In this document: piece by piece, positions 11,101 to 21,100 of the stretch
Layout: the number at the start of each line of letters is the position of its first letter
Numbering within the stretch: the first letter of the stretch is position 1
Assembly: GCA_038087875.1 (NCBI GenBank)
Contig: CM075990.1
Span: forward strand, 14,324,001 to 14,388,000
Direction: 5' to 3'
DNA: 64,000 nt
Source of the DNA: Malacoraja senta
Taxonomy: Eukaryota
Notes under the pieces: model-generated
What the model saw: only the letters and a program-made list of their open reading frames with translations
Told to the model about the DNA's origin: nothing
Databases searched by the model: none
Program-made: the position numbers and the translations under genes

Positions 11101-13378
11101 AATTCTCACCGTGTTTAAAAAAACCCATCTCGAGTAAAAAGCCCGCCTAAAGTAAAACACTTAACTGGAATAAAAGGCACATGGAGTTAAAAATAAAACA
11201 TACCACGAAAAAACAAGAGTAACCAACGAGGTACATGGGCTAGCAATGGGAGCTGGTGACCACTATGTTTCTTCACCAGAGCGGCTCTGTGACTGAAGGC
11301 AGGAGCCAGACCCGTCCGCCTTTTAAACACTCGTTACACCCAATTAGCAAGAACAGTTGTTTGAGCGGGAAACCTAGGCGGAGAAAGTTTCCGAAGCCGG
11401 CGCGCGTCGCAAGTACAGCTCGAGTGGACAACCCTCTTATGTAAACAACCTGCTCCAGTAAACAACCAGCCCGCCTAAACACCCACCCCGACTAAACAAC
11501 CACCGCCCAGTTACAAAAACACCTTGAGTAAAACAACTAACGAGTGAAAAAAACGAGCAAAGGGCACAGCTCGGGTTAAACCCCTATCTCGTTAAAAGAA
11601 ACCATCAATAAAATGCCCGCCTTGACTAAAAAAATACATCTCGAGTAAAAAGCCCGTCTCGAGTAAAAAACACACGTTAAAAGCATACCGAGTTAAAATA
11701 CCTCGAGCAAAAGGAAACCACGAGTAGAAAGCCCACCTCGACTAAAAAAAACCTCGAGAAAAAACACGCCCAGTTAAATATCACACCTCGAGTAAAAATC
11801 CCACCGAGTTATATCCACTACAAAAAAACGAGTAAAAAGCCTGCCTCGACTAAAAAAAAGTTTAAACAAAAAACACACCTCGGGAAGAAAAAGAGTAAAA
11901 AGCCCGCCTCGACTAAAATTATACTTCTAGTAAAAAAATAACAGGAGTAAAAAGCCCACCTCGATTAAAAACACACCTCAGCTAAAAATCACACTTCGAG
12001 TAAAAAAGCAGAGAACAACTGAAACCTCGATCAAAAGAAACGAGTTAAAAAGCCCGCCTCAAGTAAAAAAACTAATCTCGAGTAAAAAAAAGCACCTCGA
12101 ATAAAATATCCCACGAGTAAAAAACTAACCTCGAGTAACAAATCCCACCGAATTACAAAATGTACCTGGAGTATATAAAAACGAGTAAAAAGCCCGCCTC
12201 AAGTAAAAATCAAACCTCGAGTAAAAAAAACTCACCGTTGCAAAATATACCTCGAGTAAAAAAAACGAATAAAAAGCCCGCCTCAACTAAAAAACACACC
12301 TCGAGTAAAAACTCCCACACGTTTAAAAAAAAAACTCACATCGACTATAAAGCTACCTCGAGTAAAGAAAGACACATCGAGTAATCAAACACCTCGATTA
12401 AAAAATACTTGAATTTAAAAAAAAACGTCGAGTAAAATACATTAAATCTTGTCATTATTATTCAGAAATAAAATGTGCGCTTTTTAGAATGTTTCGTTCT
12501 CAGGAGCCTATGTTGTCAACATATCTCAGTGCTAATGGGCTTTGTAAATTGAACATATTGAATTGATGACACAGTGTTATGTATTCATGTAACATATTTC
12601 CTGTATTATGTGTTTTATGCATAACATCTTTTTAAAAATTTAATAAACATATCTTACAGATTTGCACTGCACAGACGCCCCCCCCCCCTCAGCCTAATTC
12701 ACGCTTACTGACCAAGGTGCCGATCTAACCTAGTCTCTCGTGTAACTTGTATTTTGCCCACATCTCTCTAAACCTTTCCAATCTAAGAACACACCCAAAA
12801 GCCTTTTGAAAGTTGTAATTGTACCCACCTCTATCACTTCCTCTGGCATTTCATTCCATGTACCCACCGCCTCCGATGAGGCAAACATATTGTCCCCCAG
12901 ATCCATTTAATTCTTTCCTCTTTTACCTCAACCAGTCCCCTCTAGATTTTAAACCTCCTTGCCCTTGTAAAAAGCCCGCTGGATCAGATCATCACCTTTA
13001 ATGCACAGCGTCTGCCCCCTCGCCAATCGCAGCTTACACTTGAGTTGGCTGAGGTGCGGATGATACAGTTGTCTTCCCTTCTTTAACAACAACATTTAAA
13101 ATACATTTGGACAGGCGGATAGATAGAAAAGCTTTGAAGGGTCTGGGACAAATGAAACTCACTTAGAAAAGGCATCTTGGTCGTTAAGGTCGAATTGGGC
13201 TAGAGACTTTCCTACCTATGTCTGACTCTGTAACTGTTTACCAAGAAGGTCCAGCGAGGGGGTTGGTTGTTGTTGTCACGGCACCGCACTCTGGGGGAAA
13301 GGACTGCAACCCAGAATCGTACTACCACAGGCTACTGAGGGACGGATCCTATGTAACAGCATGTGAAAAATACTCGGA

Positions 13379-13590
13379 GGTAGACACAAAATGCTGAAGT
13401 AACTCAGCGGGACAGGCAGCATCTCTGGAGAGAAGGGATGGGTGACGTTTCGGGTCAGTCTGAAAAAGGGTATCGACCCGAAACGTCACCCATTCCTTCT
13501 CTCCAGAGCTGCTGCCTGTCCCGCCGAGTTACTCCAGCATTTTGTGTCTGCCTTCGATTTAAACCAGCATCTGCTGTTCTTTCCTACACA
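13379..13590. mobile_element. Penelope-derived terminal repeat in palindromic arrangement
   Basis: 78-bp inverted arms 13379-13456 and 13475-13552. The same family recurs at ~14500, 15100, 16910, 17320, 30500, 42890, 46080, 49030 and 49430. Confidence 0.75.
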
Positions 13591-14411
13591 TATGAGAAAT
13601 ACTCTATTGATACTTAAAGATGAAACATTAGTGGAGTATTGCTACTATACAACATTGTTTCCACTCGCCTAGATATTGAAAGGTAAGCAAAACATAACAT
13701 TATAACTACAATTAGTCTGGAGGGCACGTTATCGATGTTACAATCAAAGAGGTTACAATAGTGTCGCCATAATTATGTGTTCGAAAATACATCAGACTGA
13801 GAGATTGATAGGGTGTGAAGGGTCCTAACTCAAAATATCGCTTGTCCATTCCCTCCACAAATGCTGCTGACGCATTGTTCCTCCAGCACTTTGTGCAGAG
13901 TTGATTTGTACTAGTTCAGCTGACAGAAGCCAACATTGTAATGGAATCTATGAGCAATATAACTGAACGATCTCCTGATGCAGAATCTTAGCCCAAAACA
14001 TCGACTACCCTTTTGTCTCCACAGATGCTGCCCGCTGACGTTCCTAGAACAACGTTTGCTTTGCTCCAGTTTCCAGCATCTGCAGTCTTTGAATTATCCT
14101 CTCAGTAGTTCAGTCTCGCAGGTATCCTTTTCTTATTTCCAAGCTTTGTTTTGTCGTCGAACGAAACAATATTAGGCAAATTATACATCGTCAAGCCTAT
14201 TGCCATCTGTACAAAGACGGATAGGTACATATGATGAAAATCTTATTTGAATGTTTTTTTTTAAAATAATCCTGAAGGGCAATAATAGTAAGAAAAGCCG
14301 ATTTGTATTTCTCATAATGGGCTGCTGAACAGTGTTTTGTGCATGTTCACCCTTCTGCTTCAGATTTTGCAATTGTTCTATTTTTTAAAAAGTAAACCCC
14401 TGCATGATTGA

Positions 14412-15410
14412 GTAAACCAGCATCTGCAGTTCCTTCCTTTGGTCAAAACATGAACGAAATGACGAAGAAACATCAATAGGAACTGTGGATATTGGTTTAC
14501 ACCGAAGATAGGCACAAAATGCTGGAGTAACTCAGCGGAACAGACAGCAACGGGTCTCGACCCGAAACGTCACCCATTCCTTCTCTCCAGAGATGCTGCG
14601 TGTCCCGTTGAGTTGGTCCAGCATTTTTGTGCAGTTCCAGCATCTGCAGTTCCTTCCTTTGCTCAAAACACGAACGAAATAATTAAGAAAAATCAGTAGG
14701 AACCGCAGATGTTGGTTTACGATTAAAAAAAAATACAAATGCACACATACAGACACCGAAACTCATTGTGAGTCCCCGCTACAAGAGATACACAATACTG
14801 GAGTAACTGGCAGGATCTCTGGATGGAAGGAATGGATGACGTTTCGGGTCGAGACGTGGTCGGGTGTAAACCAGCATCTGCAGTTCCTTCTTTTGGTCAA
14901 AACATGAACAAAATGATAAATAAACATCAATAGGAACTGCAGATGCTGGTTGAACCAACTCATTGAAACAATGAGTTTCAATGTACGCATGTGTGCATTG
15001 TCTGAACTTTGTGTCTTTAAAAAAAAAATCGTAAACCAACATCTGCAGTTTCTTCCTCTGGTCAAAACATCGAAATGATGGAGAAACATCAATACGGACT
15101 ACAGATGGTAGACACAAAACGCTGGGGTAACTCGTCAGGCCAGGCAGCATCTCTGGAGAGACGTAATGGAATGGGTGCTGTTTCGGGTCGAGACCGAGAC
15201 CCTTCTTCAGACCAAAGATCTAGTATCTTTGCTTCAGACTCATGGGGTCTCGACCAGAAACGTTACCCATCCCTTCTCTCCAGAGGTGCTGCCTGTCCCG
15301 CTGAGTTACTCCAGCTTGTTGTGTGTGTGTCTTCGGTTTAAACCAGCATCTGCAGCTCCTATAGTGTAGGAAGGAACTGCAGATGCTGGTTTAAACCGAA
15401 GACATACACA
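14412..15410. repeat. Cluster of hairpin units built from Penelope-derived termini
   Basis: AAACCAGCATCTGCAGTTCCT ... AGGAACTGCAGATGCTGGTT inverted pairs repeated five times. Confidence 0.8.
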
Positions 15411-15489
15411 CATTAAATTGTAACAATGTACAAAGTGCAGACAAAGTACAAAAACAAAAGATACAAAGTGAAGACAATGCACACGTCGA

Positions 15490-15681
15490 AATATTTAAGA
15501 TGGGATTTAAGAGGGAGTTAGATGTGGCCCTTGTGGCTAAAGGGATCAGGGGGTATGGAGAGAAGGCAGGGATGGGATACTGAGTTAGATGATCAGCCAT
15601 TATCATATCAAATTGCGGTGCAGGCTCGAAGGGCCGAATGGCCTACTCCTGCACCTATTTTCTATGTTTCTATGTTTCTAT
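15490..15681 (+). mobile_element. CR1 3' fragment immediately upstream of the CHUK promoter
   Basis: CR1 3'UTR ending in (CTATGTTT)n. Confidence 0.88.
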
Positions 15682-15699
15682 GAAACACATTGTTTCACT

Positions 15700-15845
15700 G
15701 AAGGGTGAACGCGCAGGCGCAGTGGTTCGGACTCCAACTCCCAGCATGCCTGGGCCGGGCGATGACGCAGGCGCGGGAGACGGTTGTGGACGTGATGCGG
15801 TGACGGCGGCAGTGGCGGTAGTAGGCCCCCCCCCCCCCCCTCAAG
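15700..15845 (+). promoter_or_regulatory. CHUK: CpG-island promoter and probable non-coding first exon of CHUK
   Basis: CpG-dense stretch with an NRF1-like GCGCAGGCGCA (15711-15721) and a ZNF143/SBS-like ACTCCAACTCCCAGCATGCC (15731-15750). Donor AAG|GTAGGT at 15845/15846. The ATG exon at 18007 begins with an acceptor (tttcag), which implies an upstream exon. Confidence 0.75.
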
Positions 15846-15870
15846 GTAGGTAGGCCCGGCGGCGCGGCTC

Positions 15871-16025
15871 TCCCACACCCCCACCCCCACCCCCACCCCG
15901 TCCCCACCCCGTCCCCCACCCCGTCCCCGTCCCCACCCCGTCCCCACCCCGTCCCCACCCCCACCCCCACCCCGTCCCCACCCCGTCCCCACCCCGTCCC
16001 CGTCCCCGTCCCCGTCCCCGTCCCT
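15871..16025. repeat. C-rich simple repeat (CCCCAC / CCCCGT)n
   Basis: More than 20 C4 tracts on the + strand, so G4 tracts on the template strand. Confidence 0.9.
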
Positions 16026-16104
16026 CTCTCCTCCGCCCCAAGGCCGCACCGGGACCCCGCCGGCACTCACCTTCCTGCCCCCTCCCACACACCACCCGCG
16101 GCTC

Positions 16105-16812
16105 CAGGCCGATCCGCCAGGGTCCCGGGTTCAATCCCAGCCTGGGGGTGCTGTCTGTGTGGAGTTTGCATGTCCCGGCTTCAATCCCAGCCTGGGGGTG
16201 CTGTCTGTGTGGAGTTTGCATGTCCCGGCTTCAATCCCAGCCCGGGGGTGCTGTCTGTGTGGAGTTTGCATGTCCTCCTTCAGGCCGATCCGCCAGGGTC
16301 CCGGGTTCAATCCCAGCCTGGGGGTGCTGTCTGTGTGGAGTTTGCATGTCCTCCTTCAGGCCGATCCGCCAGGGTCCCGGGTTCAATCCCAGCCTGGGGG
16401 TGCTGTCTGTGAGGAGTTTACACGTCCCGGGTTCAATCCCAGCCCGGGGGTGCTGTCTGTGTGGAGTTTGCATGTCCTCCTTCAGGCCGATCCGCCAGGG
16501 TCCCGGGTTCAATCCCAGCCTGGGGGTGCTGTCTGTGAGGAGTTTACATGTCCCGGGTTCAATCCCAGCCCGGGGGACACTGTCTGTGTGGAGTTTACAT
16601 GTCCCGGCTTCAATCCCAGCCCGGGGGTGCTGTCTGTGTGGAGTTTGCATGTCCTCCTTCAGGCCGCAGGGTCCCGGGTTCAATCCCAGCCTGGGGGTGC
16701 TGTCTGTGTGGAGTTTGCATGTCCTCCTTCAGGCCGATCCGCCAGGGTCCCGGGTTCAATCCCAGCACAGGGCGCTGTCTGTGTGGAGTTTGATGTCCTC
16801 CTTCAGGCCGGT
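16105..16812 (+). repeat. Minisatellite derived from a tRNA-SINE head (50-51-bp and 76-bp units)
   Basis: 11 copies of TTCAATCCCAGC...GTGCTGTCTGTGTGGAGTTTGCATGT, matching the B-box region of the SINE at 21727. Confidence 0.9.
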
Positions 16813-18027
16813 CCCTCAGTAACCCTGACTTTCCCATTCTGTCCCTCCCCCATCCTAATTCTCTAACTAGTTCAACTGTCCCCCTGGTTAATTTAACTGA
16901 TTGTTTCAGAAGGAACTGCAGATGCTGGTTGAAACCGAAGATAGACACAAAAAGCTGGAGTAACTCAGCGGGACAGACAGCATCTCTGGAGGGAAGGAAT
17001 GGGTGACGTTTCGAGTCAAGATCTCGAACTTAAACGTCTTTAGTGATTGTATGCCTGGTTGTCACCTTCCCCATAGCGAACCATGAACAATTCTACATTT
17101 CCTTGATCATCATCTGTTTTGATCTCTGTGTGTGGAGTTTGCATGTCCTCCTTCAGGCTTATCCGTCAGTGTTCCAGGTTCAATCCCAGCACTGTCCTGA
17201 TTAATTTTACTGTTCGCATGCTTCGTTGATACCTTCCCTTCAGCCACTAATGAACCATTCTACATTTCCTTGATCACCAACCCATCCATATCTCTAGTTT
17301 CCCTCTCCCCTGACTCTCAGTCGGAAGAAGGGTCTTGACCTGAAGTGTCACCCATTCCTTCTCTCCAGAGATGCTGCCTGTCCTGCTGAGTTTCTCCAGC
17401 ATTTAGTGTCTGTCTTCCTGAACCAATCACCTCTTTCACGCCCTATTCCTGGTGCTGCTTCCACCAGCTCTTAACTCTGTTATTGTGCTTTGTATCAGTA
17501 AATAAATGGTGTGCAAAACAGCAGATACTTTTTAAAGGCAGAAGATAGACACAAAAAGCTAGAGTAACTCAACATGTCAGAGAGCATCTCTGGAAAAATA
17601 TGTTAATTATTCAGGGCAGAATACCTCATCTCCACCTATGCCTGTTTCCTCCTATGCTTTTACTCAGTAGCCAAACATTTTTCCATAAGTGAACTCAAGA
17701 TCTTTCTCTTACTTTTCCTTGAAATGAATATTCACTGCATAGGGAAAACCAACAACACTTGTGGGCTATTTGAATAGCACAATTCTGTGGATCATGATTT
17801 TATTTCCCCCCTGACTTGAGTTAAAGTTCCACTGCTATTCTCACGCAGCCTTAATCTTTGCCATTTACTGTTAGAAATGCAGTTGAGAAAGAAAGGTTGA
17901 AGTAGAAACTGTATTGTGCAGTGTTTCAATTTATTTTGGTTGTTCTATTTGTGATTTAAATTTCTTATATGGCTTCGATGATAAGTTAGTATTTTTGTAA
18001 TTTCAGTGTTGAAGATTCTGACCGAGA

Positions 18028-18132
18028 ATGGAGAAGCCCCCCTTTAGGCAGGTTCAAACATATGGGCTTTGGGATCTAAAGGAACGCCTTGGAGCAGGGG
18101 GCTTTGGACATGTCTATATGTACGAACATAAG
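18028..18132 (+). CDS. CHUK: CHUK coding exon 1 (exon begins 18007, 21-nt 5'UTR)
   Basis: [35 protein letters not shown]; acceptor tttcag at 18001-18006; donor gtacat. Confidence 0.95.
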
Positions 18133-21100
18133 GTACATTCTATATACAGTTAGTCTAACCTTTCTGGTATATTTTAATAAAACAAGCGTGAGACAGATAC
18201 AAAAACCTCCTTTCAGTTTCTTTGACCAACTGTTAATATGCAATTTCAGGGGACTAATTTCTCCTCGGCCTTTATTGTTGTAGATTTTATTCCTTCTATA
18301 GATGTTCGTCATGAGAAAATTTGAAATCTCCTGTTTTAACATTCCAGTTTGTGTTGCTTTTCTTCCCTTCTCCCCAGTATATGTGTGACAGAAACCTTTG
18401 TAATTTAGATCAGTAATGTTGTGATCAAACCTGCGAAGCGATGATTCTTTCAATATATCTATGTCATGTACTTAAGCTGATTGGGCGGCTACCAGCAAGC
18501 TATTCTGAGAAATGCAAAGCTCGGATAATTTTAAATTGAAATTATTTCTGAGAGAGAAAAATAAAGTGCCCAATGTATGGAACTGACAGAAAGACGGTTG
18601 ACACGTAAGCCCTGAGGGTTTTTTCTCGATGGGAAGTGATTGTTCTTCTGCAGCCATTCTCCACCAGTTTTTGCTTGATTTCCATGACTTCAATTTTACC
18701 AGGGCTCCTTGATAATACAATTGATGGAGTGATGTCAAGGGAAGCCACTCTCCTATTAGTTGTGAAATTCAGTTTTTGGTTATTGATTACATTTGAAAGC
18801 AATTAATGTTATTGAGTTGAATGGAGTGTTAATTAGCTTAGGAGGGGGGGTTTTCCACATTTTCTGGGAGAAATTGTAACCTTTTTATCTTAGGGGTCTA
18901 GATATATTTTAATCACATCTATCCTGTAAAGCAAGGATGTTGTGTGTTATAGCTTTTTGAAGGGTCACAACCTGAAACGTTGCCTGTCCATGTCTTTCAG
19001 CAATGTCGCCTGTCCTGCTGAGTTGCTCCAGTGCCTTATATTTTTTGTAAACCAGCACCTGTAGTTCCTTGTCTATTGTACAGTGTGCGCCCAGCTACAG
19101 TGCCCTTCCATTATGTTTGGGACAAAGAACCATCATTTATTTATTTGCCTCTGTACCCCACAATTTGAGATTTGTAATAGTCCCCTTCAGTTTTCTCTTC
19201 AGCATATAAAAGGCATGCTCAATGGGGTTCAGATCGGGTAATTGACTTGGCCACTCAAGAATTGAATTTTTTTTAGCTTTGAAAACGCCCTTGTTGCTTC
19301 AGCAGTATGTTTGGGATCATTCTTGCGAAAGATGGCTGCAATACAGGCTTGGCAGACCATCACCAGAGAAGACACCCCTGCAACTGGTGATGTCCATGAA
19401 TCGCAGTCGTTGCATGTAAGGGATATGCAACAAAATACTAAACATGACTACTTTCATTTACATGACCATGTTGTGTCCCAAACATTGTGGTGCCCTGAAA
19501 TGGGGAGACTATGTATAACACTGCTGTAAATTCTATATGGTGAAACCAAAATGTATACAAATGGCCTTTATTAAAATCTGACTATGTGCACTTTAACCAC
19601 ATGTGATTTTTTTTTCGATTACAAATCTCAAATTGTGGAATACAGAGGCAAATAAATAAATGATGGGTCTTTGTTCCAAACATTATGGAGGGCACTATAT
19701 TTCTCAAAATCAAGAAGTGAGGGTTTCCTCTGATAAACCCGATTCCATCTTCTCTGATGTGTTATTTTGTGTTTGTCCGATGAAAAACCTGTTAATCCTT
19801 TTTATCTTGCTGACATTCAGTAATCGCGGAATGGTTCTCATTGCCTCAGCTTGTCTGCTACCAAAACCAGTATGTGCATTGTCACCTTTAGACTGGACCG
19901 TGTCAAAGGTTCCCAATCGCTTCACTAACATGACATAACGTTTCCTTAATTGATCTAGTTTAAGTTTTCATTCTCCTATTAAAATCCTTGCATGTTGTTG
20001 GCCACTTATGTCTGTAAATTCTTAAGCTTTCTTTGTGCTTAATCCTTCCTAGGTTACATTATTTATTTTTCTCATAATTCAGCCTCATTTGCTTTCTTTT
20101 ATCATTCATTACCATTCGCATACCTCAGTTACTGGTACTCATACCATAGTCATCAAAGTTTTAATAGGTTTTAAATTCATTCTTATCAACCAAAGTTTGG
20201 GAGTTTTTAATTACCTCATTTAAGGCCTTTTGCAGAAAGATGGTAGAGTAAAAAAATGTTCTTTGCAATATAGTTGCAAATGCACATTGAATTCTGTTTT
20301 TATTGGATTTGAATTGCAACAGTGATGTGCATGATATGCCAAATGCATTGTAGAAATTGAAAGAGGATTCTTTCTGGTGGTTCAAGATAAAATGATCAAT
20401 GTTTTTTCGTAAATTGACTGAATTTGGAAGCTATATTGCATCTTTAAGGTTTCAAGATACAAGATACATTTATTTGTCACATGTACCAATTGGTACAGTG
20501 AAATGTGTGGTCACCATACAGCCATACGAATAATAAAGAGGACAGAACACGATAGTCTTTAACATAGACATCCCCACACAGCGGGATCAAAGTTTCGCAC
20601 TGTGAGGGAAGGCTCCAAAATTCAGTCATCCTCCTCCGTTGTCCTCCTGTGGTCGGGGGGCTCCCGAACCCCCCGCTATCGCCGCTACGGGCAGCCCGAT
20701 GTTCAGGCCCGCTCGCCGGGGTGATGGAAGTCCGACGTCGGGACTGGAGGACATCCTCAGCGGCTTGGACATCCGAATCGGCCAACTCCTACCGGAGTCC
20801 GCGGCTCCCGAAGTCCACAGGCCGTGCTGGGCGTAGATTCAACGCTAGCTGCCCTCGGCAAAGGGCCCCAGGACTCATCGATGTTGAAGTCAGCGCCGCC
20901 CGCGCTGGAAGCTCTATTACAAATAATCAACACTAGAGTGTATTTGACAGACTTTATAGTTTAGAATTTAATCAGATGTTTATTTGACATCAGTTGGAAT
21001 GATTTGCAAGCCAGTTTCAAATGAACTAAGTGAAACAAGTGTAACTGTTGAGATTTGTGATCCGTCATTAATTTTGTCAACAACTTTAACTAATTACCTT

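Larger units (their letters stand above)
6120..12440. repeat. Composite degenerate tandem array (promoter-like module, A-rich 17-18-bp minisatellite, exon-like cassette)
   Basis: Module P at ~6125, 8822, 10520, 11330. Cassette X-Y-Z at 6460-7040, 7190-8400 (partial, LTR-interrupted) and 9620-10210. Intervening blocks of GAGTAAAAAGCCCGCCTC-like monomers. Confidence 0.9.

Noticed and set aside
6120..16812. CRISPR-like reading of the repeat arrays
   Set aside because: Eukaryotic locus, no constant repeat with unique spacers, and no cas genes.
15678..16948. Long ORFs (up to 235 aa) in several frames
   Set aside because: By-products of the C-rich simple repeat and the SINE-derived minisatellite. 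They are open on both strands and contain no domain.
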